NCBI GenBank assembly: GCA_963695095.1
Contig: CAVOFT010000001.1
Location: 2,592,001-2,656,000, forward strand
Reading direction: 5' to 3'
DNA length: 64,000 bases
Source: an uncultured bacterium
GTDB taxonomy: Bacteria > Krumholzibacteriota > Krumholzibacteriia > JACNKJ01
The notes beneath the pieces were generated by a model, which did no database searches, had not been told where the DNA came from, and worked only from the letters and a program-made list of their open reading frames with translations. Each line of letters opens with the position of its first letter. Positions within the stretch are counted from its first letter, which is position 1. Below are positions 1 through 11,696 of the stretch, one piece after another. Both the position numbers and the translations under genes were made by a program.

Positions 1-89
1 TAGACCTTGGTCACGCCGGCGAGGCGGATGATCGGCCCCTCGCCCGGCGCCGCGGGGCCCAGGCCGCTATCCAGTCCTTGCTCGCTCAT
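1..89 (-). CDS. ABC transporter ATP-binding protein (MacB/LolD-like), N-terminus only; runs off window
   Basis: Manual translation from ATG at 89 gives MSEQGLDSGLGPAAPGEGPIIRLAGVTKVY, a typical ABC ATPase start; lies directly downstream of a MacA-like adaptor. Confidence 0.65.
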   Translation of the reverse strand, partial: MSEQGLDSGLGPAAPGEGPIIRLAGVTKV

Positions 90-98
90 GGCGGCGCC

Positions 99-1361
99 TC
101 AGTCCTGCGCCACGCGCACGCGCTGGCCGTTGCGGGGCGCGCGCAGGCCGGCCAGCAGCACCTGATCGCCCTCGCTCAGCCCGGCGAGCACGGCCACCTC
201 GTCGCCCGCGGTTTCGCCGAGGGTGACGACATTGGCGAGCAGCCGCCCCTCGCGCAGCACCCAGACGATCTGCTCGCCGTCCCGCTCGCGCAGCGCGGCC
301 TGCGGCACGCGCAGGGTCTTCGGGATGACGCGGATGCCGCCGGCTACCTCGCGCTCGAGGAAGGTGACCTTGGCGCCGAGATCGGGGCGGATGCGCGCAT
401 CGGTCTCGGCGAAGGCCACGCGCACCGGGATGGTGGCGCGATCGCGGTCCGCCGAGGGATAGATGGTGCGGATCGCCGCCGGGAAGTGCACTTCCGGATG
501 CGCGTCGAGCACGACGTCGGCGGGGCCGCCCACCGCGAGCCGGGCAATGTAGGACTCGTTCACATCCACGCCCACTTCGAGCGTGCCGAGGTCGGCGATG
601 GTGACCACGGCGCCGGCGCGGGCCGTGCTGCTCGTCATGATGGGGCCGACGATCTCGCCGATCTCGGCGTCCTTGCGCAGCACGACGCCGGCGAAGGGCG
701 CGGTGATCTTCGTCTTGTCCAGCTCGAGGCGGGCCACCTCGCGGCCGGCCTCGGCCACGCGCAGGGCCGCCGCGGCGGCGGCGCGCTCGGCGCGGGCCAG
801 GGTGGCTGCGGTCTCGGCGGCCTCGGCCTCTTCGGCGCTCTCCGCCCGCTGCGCGAGCAGGGCGCTGCGCCGCTCGGCGCGCCGGACGGCCTCGGTCTCC
901 TTCGCCGCGGCCTGATCGAGACGGGCGCGGGCCAGGCCCACGTTCGCCTCGGCCTGGAGGAGGAGCACGCGCTGGTCGTCGTCGATGAGACGGGCCACCA
1001 CCTGGCCCGCCTCCACCCGATCGCCCTCCTCGACGAAGACCTCGGCCAGGCGGCCGGTCGCGCGCGCGGCCACGGAGGCCGCGTGGCGGGCCTCGACGTA
1101 GCCGTTGGCCGTGAGCAGGGCGCCCCCCGCCTCGGCCGGCGTGCCGCCGCCGGCGCGGGCCGTGGCCACCCGCACTTCGGCCGGGCGCAGGAGGAAGGAC
1201 AGCGCGACGGCGAGCAGGACGAGGCCGCCGAGGACGAAGGGCCAGCGCGGACGCCGGCGGCGGGCGCGACGGCGCTCGGCCTCGGGAATGCGCAGGCGCG
1301 CGAGATCGGCGCCGCGCGCGCTCGCGGAGGACGGACTCTCGGGACCGCGAGCGTCGCTCAT
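99..1361 (-). CDS. Efflux periplasmic adaptor subunit (MacA/HlyD-like)
   Basis: N-terminal TM, 'LTANGYVEA', 'VEEGDRVEAGQVVARL', 'ITAPFAGVV', 'LAGLSEGDQV' biotinyl-lipoyl/alpha-hairpin pattern. Confidence 0.9.
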   Translation of the reverse strand: MSDARGPESPSSASARGADLARLRIPEAERRRARRRRPRWPFVLGGLVLLAVALSFLLRPAEVRVATARAGGGTPAEAGGALLTANGYVEARHAASVAARATGRLAEVFVEEGDRVEAGQVVARLIDDDQRVLLLQAEANVGLARARLDQAAAKETEAVRRAERRSALLAQRAESAEEAEAAETAATLARAERAAAAAALRVAEAGREVARLELDKTKITAPFAGVVLRKDAEIGEIVGPIMTSSTARAGAVVTIADLGTLEVGVDVNESYIARLAVGGPADVVLDAHPEVHFPAAIRTIYPSADRDRATIPVRVAFAETDARIRPDLGAKVTFLEREVAGGIRVIPKTLRVPQAALRERDGEQIVWVLREGRLLANVVTLGETAGDEVAVLAGLSEGDQVLLAGLRAPRNGQRVRVAQD

Positions 1362-1406
1362 GGTGGCGCATCTCCCTGGGCGGGCGGGGGGAGCCGTGAG
1401 GATAAT

Positions 1407-1441
1407 GAAACGCCCCTGCGGGAATCAAGCCCGCAGGGGCG
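1407..1441 (-). terminator. Intrinsic terminator downstream of ssrA
   Basis: Perfect 12-bp stem cgcccctgcggg/cccgcaggggcg followed on the minus strand by TTTC. Confidence 0.7.
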
Positions 1442-1453
1442 TCGCTACCGGTC

Positions 1454-1816
1454 GGTGGAGGCGGCGGGAATCGAACCCGCGTCCGAAGAAACGTCCACCA
1501 GTGCATCTACATGCTTAGTCCACAGCTTTGTTTCTCGCCGCGCGCGAGGACGGCGGACGATCCGTCGCGCAGCCAGTCCGGTGTTTCTCGCCCCCTGTCT
1601 CCGGACGCGACAGGAAACCAGCCAGCGGATTATGATACCCGACCCCCACTCCCGCGGCGCAGGTGGGGCGGGCAGGTCACCTAACTAAGTTAGGCGGCCA
1701 GGGCCAAGTTATCGTTGGCAATTGTGTTTTCTCGATCTTGGTAACGGGGCTGAATCGAGAAGTCCCCGGCATGCAGCTCCAGCTTCTTGGATCCCCGTCG
1801 AAACCTGGTCGCCCCC
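1454..1816 (-). ncRNA. ssrA: tmRNA; tag peptide ANDNLALAA* at 1719..1690
   Basis: 5' GGGGGCGACCAGGTTTCGACGGGG, 3' T-arm GCGGGTTCGATTCCCGCCGCCTCCACC, internal tag frame GCC AAC GAT AAC TTG GCC CTG GCC GCC TAA. Confidence 0.97.
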
Positions 1817-1836
1817 GGTTCCTGGATCACCCCCTC

Positions 1837-1865
1837 AATCTAGCCGCGCTTTGGCCCCCTGTCAA
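1837..1865 (-). promoter_or_regulatory. sigma70 promoter of ssrA
   Basis: TTGACA-17 nt-TAGATT about 20 nt upstream of the tmRNA 5' end. Confidence 0.75.
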
Positions 1866-1874
1866 CGCGGGGGC

Positions 1875-4800
1875 TCATTTGAGCAAGACCAACTTCTCGC
1901 TGGCGGTGAAATCCCCCGCCACCATGCGGACGAAATAGACACCGCTGGCCACGCGGGCGCCGGCATCGTCGGTGCCGTTCCAGACCACCTCGTGCTCGGC
2001 GGCCGGCAGCGGCATGTCCACCAGCGTGCGCACGCGGCGGCCGGCGAGGTCGTAGACCACCAGGCGCACCTGCTCCGGCGTGGCGATCGCGAAGTGCAGG
2101 GTGGTCTTCGGGTTAAAGGGGTTCGGGTAGGCGCCGGCAAGTGCGGTGTGCGCGGGCACCGCGTCCGCACCGTCTGGCAAGTAGTTGGGATCGAAGCCGC
2201 AGAGGTAGGCCAGCACATCGCCCACCAGGCGGCGCGGGTAGTCGTAGCCGTCGCCGAGACCAAAGCCCGCGTTCCGGACGTCCTCGTAGTTGAAGGGGTT
2301 GAAGAGCGTCCGGTTGGTGAAGCCAAGGGCGCTGGTGGCGAGGCCGTCGCCATCGGGATCCATGTTGTAGATGCCCGCCTTGGCCTCGCTGCCGCCGGTG
2401 ACCGCCCAGGCGAAGGCCTCCACCGCGAGCGGGTTGGCCGGGTTCGGCTTCACGAGATCGAGGTTCTCGATCGTGGGGCAGCCCGCGGCCACCTCGACGT
2501 AGGGCGTCCGGCCACCGATCGCCAGCGCCGGATGCGTGGCGTAGACGCGCGGCACCTTGATGCCGGTCAGGTCGTCGTAGTAGGTGCCGCTGAGGATGCG
2601 CCAGGCTCCCAGGGTCTCCCGGAGGAAGCTCGGCTCGTCCTCGAGGTCGGTCGCGACCTCGTTGCCCATCACCCAGAGCGCGGTGTTGTGGGCGCTGTTC
2701 GCGAGCCAGTCGTCCAGCAGGACATCGTCGAAGGCGATGTCGTCCGGCAACCCGTTCTGGATCGTGTAGGTGGGCAGGTCGCCGCTGTCCCAGACGATCA
2801 TCTCGTACTGGTCGATGTCGCCGATCTCGGCGCGGCCGCCGAGGCCGTTGTGCAGGCCCGAGCTCGGCGCCTGCGTGGTGTAGACGTCATAGTCCGCGAA
2901 GCCGTTGTAGGCGAAGGCCTCGCGCCAGGGGGCGATCAGGCTGCCGCTGCCCGCATCGGGGTGGCTGGCGTCGTCCACGAAGAGCAGCGTGGCGCCGGCC
3001 GTGGGCAAGCAGCGGAGGATGTAGGTAGCTGCGCAGCAGCGGGTCCGCGCTCTCGGCCCAGAGCGGCTGCGTGTGCCGGCCGCCCGCCGCCGAGTGGGCA
3101 CGGTAGTAGAACTCGATGATGTCCCCCGGCTCGAAGTAGTCGTCCGCGAAGTCGAAGGCGAACTGCGCCCGGCTCGCAGACGCCCTGCTCGCGCGCCGTG
3201 TCGGCGATGGCCACGTTCCAGGTCTCGCCGTTCAGCACCGCGGTGCCGATCCAGGGCGACCAGATGCCGTCGCTGGCGTCGGGGTCGCCCATCGCCGGGT
3301 CGGTGGAGCCCGCGTGCGGCCCGGCCGTCACGCGGGCGTGCAGGTAGAGGCTCGGCCGCACTTCGCCCGGCACGCCGGCGAGATCGGGCGCGATGCCGCC
3401 CTCGGCGTCCATGTTGAGGTCGATCTTGGTCGAGTCGCCGATCACGAGCGTCGTGCTGGTCGTCGGCTGCACGTCGATGGCGCTGTCGATGCGCACCTTG
3501 CCGCTGGCCTCGGGGAAGTTGTCCTGGAAGCGGCGGAAGACGTCCACGTTCCAGGCGACTGAGGTGTTGCCGTTGACGATCATCGCCGAGATCGTGTCGA
3601 AGTAGGGTGCCGGCGTGTGGGGCTCCTCCCCCCCGAAACACCACGCCTCGCACATGTCGATTGCGGTGAAGGCGATGGAGAGTCCCTGCACGTTGCCGCC
3701 GTGCGCCGCTGTCGCCATGCGCAGCGTGTAGTCGAGGAAGGAGTCGCGCCAATCGTCTTCACCGTAGTAGACGGTGTTGTTGTTAACCCAGGAGCTGAGA
3801 CAGGGCGTGCCCTCGACCTGTGCGGCGACGTGCAGCATGTAGAAGACCAAGGTGCTGATCGGCAGGTCGCAGTAGACCATGGCGCGCACGAGGAACGTGC
3901 TGTTCCCGTCAAGCGCGTCGTCGACACTCTGCCCCACCGGATCCCCCAGACCGTGCGCCCGCTCGAAGAGCGGGCTCTGGATGCCGTTGTCGAAGTAGGG
4001 CGGGCCGTAGGGCGTCACGGGGATCGGGTAGTCGGGGTTCGTCGTGTACAGATCGAAGAAGGCCCAGGCGTAGGTGGAGTTGATGATGCAGGGGTCCTCG
4101 GCGAAGAGGTTCTTGTACAGGGCGCCGTAGATGCCGGCGCCTTCCGGATAGGTCGCCGCCAGCGCGGGGAAGTCGGCCTCGACGCCGCTCTCGAAGTCCC
4201 AGGCGACGTCCGGCGCGCCCTCGTAGTCGACGACGAGGTTGTCGATCCACACCGCGCCGATGTCCGTGAGGAAGGAGCCGTCCTCGTCCGACCAGCCGCC
4301 GTCCGACTTGAAGGCGAAGATCAGCTCGTCGACGGCGCCGAAGGCGATGGGACCGTAGTGGATGACGGTGCGCTCGCCGTTCGAGTGATGTTGTAGGCCG
4401 ACTCGATCGGATCGGCGTCGCCGGTGCTTCGCGTAGAGCGTGAAGTAGTCGTAGTCGTCTGCCCTCGAAGTCGCCGATGTAGTCGAACTCCATCGTGCCG
4501 CCGTGGCCGCGGCCGGAACCGTGAGCACCAGCCACTGGCTCCAGTCGGTGCCGTAGCCGTTGGAGTTGAACCAGCCGCAGGCGTTCTCGCGTCCGCACCA
4601 CCAGGCGTAGTCGTTGCCGGCCGTGGGGCCGCCATCGGCGAAGTCATCCACCGACGAGAAGTCCGTGCCGTGCCCGTTGCTCAGGGTGAGCGCCTGCAGG
4701 TGCCAGTAGGTGCCGAGCTGGGCGGTGGCGTCGTAGGTGGTCCAGCCGGCCGTGGTCGGGCCGCCGGCGCCGTTGTCGAAGGTGTAGCCGCGCGCGTTGG

Positions 4801-5008
4801 TGCCCGTCATGCCCCAGGCGCCGGGTCCCGAGGCGGCAAAGAGGAAGAGCGTGTCCGCCCGCGGCGTTGCCGTGCTCACGGGATCCGGCACCGGCGCGAA
4901 GGCGTCGATCATCGGGCGTTCCGCCTGCCCGACCTCTCGCGCCAACCCGAAACCCGCTGTGAGGGTCGCCAGTGCGACAAGCAGAGTCGTCAGGATCCTG
5001 CGCTTCAC
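1875..5008 (-). CDS. Large secreted protein with C-terminal FlgD-Ig/T9SS-CTD-like domain, paralogue A (apparent frameshifts near 3020-3180 and 4390-4500)
   Basis: GTG start with RBS and signal peptide (VKRRILTTLLVALATLTAGFGLA); ORF pieces 2936..5083 and 1875..3752 align collinearly with paralogue B; ends AYPNPFNPKT...SGVYFVRMVAGDFTASEKLVLLK. Confidence 0.8.
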
Positions 5009-5110
5009 GATTCCCCCCTCGGCATCCCCGCCGCACCCAGCGCTCGCGGGTGGTATGTTCGGACCTGTCGCGCGCGTCCGCACCTGCGAGAGTGCTCGCG
5101 CCCGAGCGCC

Positions 5111-8100
5111 TTACTTGAGCATGACCAACTTTTCACTCGCGCGGAAGTCTCCCGCCACCAGACGCGCGAAGTAGACGCCGCTGGCCACGCGGAGGCCGGC
5201 GTCGTCGGTGCCGTCCCAGACCGCTTCGTGCTCGGCCGCCGACAGCGGCATGTCCACCAGCGTGCGCACGCGGCGGCCGGCGAGGTCGTAGACCACCAGG
5301 CGCACCTGAGCCGGCGCGGCCAGCGCGAAGTGCAGGGTTGTCTTCGGGTTGAAGGGATTCGGCGCCGCTCCCGCGAACGCAAAGCGCGCGGGCACCGTGT
5401 CCGCGGCGTCCGGGCTCGCATTGGGCTCGAAGCCGCAGAGCGCCGAAAGCACGTCGCCCACCATCCGCCGCGCATAGTCATAGCCATTGCCAAGGCCGAA
5501 GCCCGCGTCCCAGACCTCGGCATAGCTGAACGGATTGAAGAGCGTGCGGTTCGTCCAGCCGCCGGGACTGGTGGCCAGGCCATTGCCATCCGGATCCTGG
5601 TTGTAGATGCCCGCCTTGGCCTGACTGCCGCCAGTCGCTGCCCAGGCGAAAGCCTCCACCGCGAGCGGGTTGGCCGAGTTCAGCACGACCAGGTCCAGGT
5701 TCTCGATCGACGGGCAGCCCGCGTCCACGGTGAAGTAGGGATCGAGGCCGCCGATCTCCAGGGCGGGGTGCGTCGCGTACACCCTGCGGCATCTTGACGC
5801 CGGTCAGGTCGTCGTAGTAGGTGCCGTTGAGGATGCGCACAGCCCCGAGGGCCTCGTTCAGGAAGCTGGGCTCGTCCGCCAGGTCGGTGGCCACCTCGTT
5901 GCCCATCACCCAGAGGCAGGTGTTGTGGGCGCTGTTCGCAAGCCAGTCGTCCAGCAGGACATCGTCGAAGGCGATGTCGTCCGGCAGCGCGTTCTGGATC
6001 GTGTAGGTGGGCAGGTCGCCGCTGTCCCAGATGATCAGCTCGTACTGGTCGATGTCGCCGATCTCGGCGCGCCCGCCGAGCCCGTTGTGCAGGCCCGAGC
6101 TGGGCGCCTGCGTCGCGTAGATGTCGAAGTCCGTATAACCGTTGTAGGTGAAGGCCTCCTGCCACCAGGGCAAGGTGGTGTTGGCGTCGTCGCAGAAGAG
6201 CATCGTCACCCCGGCCGTGGGCAAGCAGCGCAGGAGGTAGTGCTCGCGCAGCAGCGGGTCCGCGCTCGCAGCCCACAGCGGCCGCGTCGAGACGGTGCCC
6301 AGGGCAGAGATCGCCCGGTAGTAGAACTCCAGGACGTCCCCGGGCTCGAAGTAGTCGTCCGCGAAGTCGAAGGCCCAGGAACCGGGGCTCGGCGTGCCCT
6401 GGTAGCGGGCCGTGTCGGCGATGGCCACATTCCAGGTCTCGCCGTTCACCACCGCCGTGCCGATGTGCGGCGACCAGATGCCGTCGCTGGCGTCGGGATC
6501 ACCCATGGCTGGATCCGTGGAGCCCGCATGCGGGCCGGCCACCACCCGCGCGAGCAGGTAGACGCTGGCCCGCCGCTCGCCGGGCACGCTGACGAGGTCG
6601 GGCTGGATGCCGCCCTCGCCGTTCATGTTCAGGTCGACCCGGGTCGAGTCGCCGATGACGAGCGTGGTGCTGTTGGTGGGCTCGACGTCGATGGCGCTGT
6701 CGATGCGCACCTTGCCGGAGGCCTCGGGGAAGTTGTCCTGGAAGCGGCGGAACTGGTCGATGTTCCAGGCGATCGAGGAGCTGTTCACCAGCATCATGGA
6801 GATCATGTCGAAGTAGGGCGCCGGCGTGTGGTAGGTGCCGTCGCCGTAGGTGTTGCACCAGACGGCGCACTGATCGACCACGCCCAGCCGCACGCCGACA
6901 CCGGTGACGTTGCCGCCCCCGGCCGACATGTTGAGCCGGAGTGTGTAATCGAGAAACCAGTCCTGCCAGCCGTCCTCCCCGTAGAAGAGCGTGTTGTTCG
7001 TGTACCACTGCCCGTAGCAGGGCTGGCCCTCCACCTGCGCAGCCACGTGCAGCTCGTAGAAGACCAGCGTATTCAAAGGCAGGTCGCGATAGACCATGTA
7101 GCGCACGAGGAATTGCGAGTTGGCATCGTGGGCCTCATCCACGCTGAGGCCCACGGGATCGCCGAGCGCGTGCGCACTTCTCGCAGCACCGGACTCAGGA
7201 TGCCGTTGTCGAAGTAGGGCGGGCCGTAGGGCGTCACCGGAATCGGGTACTCGGGGTTGGTCGTGTTGAGATCGAAGAAGGCCCAGGCGTAGGTGGAGTT
7301 GACGATGCACTGATCCTCGGCATACAGGTTCGCGTAGAGCGCGCCGTACATGCCGGCGCCGGGCGCGAAGCTGGCCGCCAGCTCCGGGTAGTTGGCCTCC
7401 ACGCCGTCCTCGAAGTCCCAGGCCACATCCGGCGCACCCGTGTAGTCGATCTCGACGTTGTCCAGCCACACCGCGCCGATGTCCGAGGTGTAGGAGCCGT
7501 CCTCGTCCGACCAGCCGCCGTCGGAGCGGAACTCGAAGATCAGCTCGTCGACGGCGCCGAAGGCGATCGGGCCGTAGTGGCGCACGAGCTGCTCGCCCTC
7601 GACGTTGTTGCTCAACAGCTCGACGGGCTCGTCGCCGCCGGTCTTGGCGTAGAGGGTGAAGGTGTCGTAGCTGTCGCCCTCGAAATCGCCGATGTAGTCG
7701 AACTCGAGCGCGCCCGCCGTAGCCGCCGCGGGCACGGTGAGCACCAGCCACTGGTCCCAGCTATTGCCATAGCCGGTGGGATTCGTCCAGCCACAGGCTT
7801 CCTCGCGGCCGCACCACCAGGCGTAGTCGTTGCCTGCCGTGGGCCCGCCATCGGCGAAGTCATCCGGCGCTGGAGAAGTCCGTGGGATGCCCATCGCTCA
7901 GGGTGAGCGCCTGCAGGTGCCAGTAGGCGGCGTTGTCCGCGGTGCCATCGTAGGGCGTCCAGCCGGCCGGGGCCGAGCCCCCGTTGCCGTCATCGAAGGT
8001 GTAGCCGCGTTCGTTGGTGCCCGGCATGCCCCAGGCGCCGGGGCCCGAGGCGGCGAAGAGAAAGAGCGTGTCGGCCCGCAGCGCCGACGTCGTCACAGTA

Positions 8101-8222
8101 GTGGGCGGCGGGGCGCTGGCGGCGAAGTCCGGACGCGCGTCGGTAAGGACCTCGCGGGCCAAAGCGGCGACGGCGATCAGGACGAGCAGGGAGAACGCAA
8201 GGGTCAGGGAGAGCGTGCGCAT
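5111..8222 (-). CDS. Large secreted protein with C-terminal FlgD-Ig/T9SS-CTD-like domain, paralogue B (apparent frameshifts near 5785, 7175, 7880)
   Basis: Signal peptide MRTLSLTLAFSLLVLIAVAALA; pieces 7860..8237, 7073..7894, 5478..7751 and 5111..5782 join into one protein homologous to paralogue A; ends APNPFNPKT...KLVMLK. Confidence 0.8.
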
Positions 8223-8368
8223 CGTCTTACCCCCCAATCAGGCAGCAGAGGTTCCGAGACGGATCGGCCGAGCGAAGCCGATCCTGTCCGCCGCCGGCCC
8301 CCCGGCGATAGGGGGCCTGGAGCGCCGGCACGGACTCGTGTGGGGCAAGCTACTCAACTATAGCTGCT

Positions 8369-10157
8369 TCAGGACTGCCTGTCCACCAGGCGCTCCCAGC
8401 GGAGGTAGAGCGCCGCCAGCTCGGCCCCGAGCGCCTCGAGCCGGGCGCGATCCTGGGCCACTTGAGCGCCGGCCCGCTGGTAGTGGGCAGGATCGGCGAG
8501 CCGCGCGTGCAGGTCCCCCTGCTCGGCCTCCAGGCTCTCGATGCGCCCGGGCAGCGCCTCCAGCTCCCGCTCCTCGCCCCAGCTCAGGCGCTTCGCGGGC
8601 GCGGGGCGCGCTTGCTCTCGCGGGCGGCTGGCGGCCGCCTTGGCGCGCGCGGGCGCCGAGCGCCGGGTGCGGGCCCAGTCCGAGTAGCCCCCCACCGTCT
8701 CGGCCACCGCGCCCGCTCCCTCCAGCACCAGCGTGCTGGTGGTGACGTTGTCCAGGAACTCGCGGTCGTGGCTCACGAGCAGCAGCGTGCCCGGCCAGGC
8801 GACGAGCTGCTCCTCGAGCAGCTCGACCGTCTCCAGGTCCAGGTCGTTGGTGGGCTCGTCGAGCACCAGCAGGTTGGCCGGACGCGCCAGGAGCCGGGCC
8901 AGGAGCAGGCGGTTGCGCTCGCCGCCGGAGAGACGGCTGAGCGGCGAACGCAGCTGCTCCGGGGCGAAGAGGAACTGCTGGAGATAGCGAGGTCACGTGC
9001 ACGCTGCGGCCGCCGACCGTCAGCATCTCGCCGCCCTCGGTCACGTTGTCCTGCACGCTGCGGGCTTCATCCAGCTGGTTGCGCTGCTGGTCGAAGTAGG
9101 CCACCTGGAGGCCCGCGCCCAGCTCCACCGTGCCGCCCTGCGGGGCCAGCTCGCCCAGGATGAGGCGGAGCAGGGTGGTCTTGCCCGAGCCGTTCGGGCC
9201 CAGGATGCCCACCTTGTCGCCGCGCGTGATCACCGTGCTGAAGCCGCGCAGGATCACCTGCTCGCCCCAGGCGAAGTCCACGCCGCGGGCGCGCAGGACC
9301 AGGCGGCCCGAGCGCTCGGCATTCTGCAAGCCCAGCTGCGCGCCGCCGGTTCGCTCGCGGCGGGCCTGGCGTTCAGCCCGCAAGCGCTCCAGCGCCCGCA
9401 CGCGCCCCTCGTTGCGCGTGCGCCGGGCGCGGATGCCCTGGCGCAGCCAGACCTCCTCGGCCGCCAGCTTGCGGTCGAACTCGGCGTTCTGCGCCAGCTC
9501 GACCGCGGAGAGCGCCTCGCGGCGCTCGAGATAGGCGGCGTAGTCGCAGGCCCAGCTGCGCAGGCGCCCGCGATCCAGCTCCAGGATGCGCCCGGCCAGA
9601 GCGCGCAGGAAGGCGCGGTCGTGGGTGACGAAGAAGAGCGCGCCCGGGAAGCGCCGCAGCTCGCCTTCGAGCCAGGCGATGGCGTCGATGTCCAGGTGGT
9701 TGGTGGGCTCGTCGAGGAGGAGCAGGTCCGGCGCCACCACCAGGGCGCGGGCGAGCAGGGCCCGCCGCTTGCCGCCGGTGGAGAGCGTGGCCAGGTCGGC
9801 GTCACCGTCCAGACCGGCCCGCGTGAGGGCCTGCTCCACCAGGTGGGCCTGTTCGGGTCCGGCCGGCGGCAGGCCGGCCGCGGCGAAGCCCGCGGCCACC
9901 GTCTCGCGCACGCCGCCGGCGAGCGGCTCCGGCAGCTCCTGGGGCAAGAGGGCCACGCGCAGGCCCGGGGCGCGGGCGATCTCGCCGGCGTCGGGGGCCA
10001 GCGCGCCCTGGAGGAGGCGAAGCAGGGTGGTCTTGCCGGCGCCGTTGCGCCCCAGCAGGCAGATGCGCTCGCCGCGCTCGATCTGCAGCTGGACGCCGTC
10101 AAGGAGGAGCGGCCCGCCCAGGGCGAGGGAGACGTGCTTGAGGTCGACGAGGGCCAT
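8369..10157 (-). CDS. uup: ABC-F family ATPase Uup (one extra base near 8990)
   Basis: Two NBDs (GRNGAGKTT, GPNGSGKTT, LLLDEPTNHLD, LDEPTNDLD), linker 'WLRQGIRARRTRNEGRVRAL', C-terminal coiled coil ending 'LYLRWERL'. Confidence 0.88.
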
Positions 10158-10277
10158 GGCGGCAGAAGGTAGAGCAGCGCGCCGGACGGGGCAAGCGACC
10201 CCTCGGGTGGAATGTAGCCGGCACCGCAGTCCAGCCGCTTGCGGACGCTGCGCTCGCGGCACTCGCCAATGCAGCCC

Positions 10278-11540
10278 TCAACGAAGCAGGAGCAGCTTCT
10301 GGTTCGCCTGCAGGCCCGCACCCTCCAGCCGCGCGAGGTAGAGCCCCGTTGGCTGCGCGCGGCCGCTGTCATCCTCGCCGCGCCAGATCAGCTCGTGGTG
10401 CCCTGCGCCGCGGGCCTCGTCGAGCAAGGTCGCGACGCGCCGCCCCGCCGCATCGTGGATGCTCAAGCGCACCCACGCGCCCTCGACGAGCGTGAAGCTC
10501 AGCGTGCTGGCCGGATTGGCCGGATTCGGCCAGGGCGCTTCCAGCCGCAGCCTTGCCGCCGCGAGCGACGGGGCCGCCACCGCGTTCGGCAGGCCAATGA
10601 ACAGGTGCACCAGGCCCTGGTTCGAGCCGACGAGCAGATCCTGGCGGCCATCCCCGTCCCAGTCCCAGGCGAAGGGGCGGGACCGGCCCTGGTCGCCGAG
10701 GTCGATGGGCTGGCTGAGGCTCTCGCAGTGCCCGCCCGCGCCGAAGGCCGGCGCCGCGTGGCTGCCGAGATTGCGATAGAAGTACAGCTCGCCTTCGGAG
10801 TTGCCGCAGATGAGATCCTTGGCGCCGTCGCCGTCGAAATCGGCCACGGAGGGACTCGAATAGCCCAGCGGCACGACGAGCTGGCCGTCGCCGTCCGCGA
10901 TGTAGAGCGTGTGCCGGAAGTCCGGCGGCAGGCCGCCGCCCTCGTTGTAGTAGAGGCGCAGCTTGCCGTCGATGGAGCCCACGAGCAGGTCGAAGCGGCC
11001 GTCCTCGTTCCAGTCCACGATGCAGGGGGTTGCCCGGCCACCCACCGAGATGTCGAACTTGCCTCCGGACGGCCCCACCTGCACGCGGGCGCCGGTGTCG
11101 AAGAGCGGCGCCTCGGCCGTGCCCACGTTGAGGTGGATGTAGACGAAGCCGTCGCTCGTGCCCAGGATCAGATCGGGGAGTTCATCGTCGTTCCACCGCG
11201 CGACGCGCGGCGCCAGGCCCAGGCATCAGCCGCCGGGGTAGTTCAGTTCCCCGGCCGTGGTCTGGAGAAAGCTGAAGTCGCCGAAGCTCGGCGGTCCCGC
11301 CAGACCCTCATTGAGGTAGAGGCGCACCTTGCCGGGGATGAGCCCGCTCCCCTCGCCGACGAGCAGGTCGACGAAGCCGTCGCCATCGAGATCCGCGAGG
11401 CAGGGCACCGAGTGACCGTCGACGATGAGCGTCTCGCCGTGGGCGGGCAGGTCCTGCTCGGCAGCAAACTGGATGAAAGCCGCTGCGGGAGCGGCTGCCA
11501 CCAGGACTGCCAGCGTCAGGAGTGCACGAACTCCAATCAT
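10278..11540 (-). CDS. Secreted FG-GAP/VCBS-repeat protein with C-terminal FlgD-Ig domain; in-frame TGA at 11228..11226 (candidate selenocysteine, residue 105)
   Basis: ORFs 11226..11540 and 10278..11126 are in the same frame; read-through gives ...LNYPGG*CLGLAPRVARWNDDELPDLILGTSDGFVYIHLN...; repeated DxDGDGxxDLLVG motifs; signal peptide; PWPNPANP...QKLLLLR tail. Confidence 0.85.
11194..11212 (-). promoter_or_regulatory. Candidate bacterial SECIS hairpin
   Basis: CGCCGCGC-GUC-GCGCGGUG 8-bp stem (one G-U) starting 14 nt after the UGA; apical loop begins with GU at +22. Confidence 0.55.
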
Positions 11541-11696
11541 TCCTCAGCCTCCTTTCGCCGATCCGCCGATCGACCGACCGAGTATAGCATCTGACGAATG
11601 GCTGAGGCTTCCCCAGGTTCAGAAATGTGCTAGACTGCCTGGCGGGGATGGCGGACCGGCGCTTGCAGCCCCGGGTCCGCCGCGGAGGGGAAGCCG

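Noticed and set aside
1380..1460. Prophage or island integrated at the ssrA 3' end
   Set aside because: Only a terminator and a host-like efflux gene follow; no integrase or att duplicate seen.
1875..8222. Diversity-generating retroelement TR/VR pair or programmed frameshifting in the paralogues
   Set aside because: Differences are not adenine-specific, no reverse transcriptase is present, and the frameshifts occur at different, non-slippery positions in the two copies.
8240..8360. Two hairpins in the leader of paralogue B as a riboswitch
   Set aside because: No match to a known aptamer, no U-tract or alternative pairing; may just terminate uup or stabilise the mRNA.
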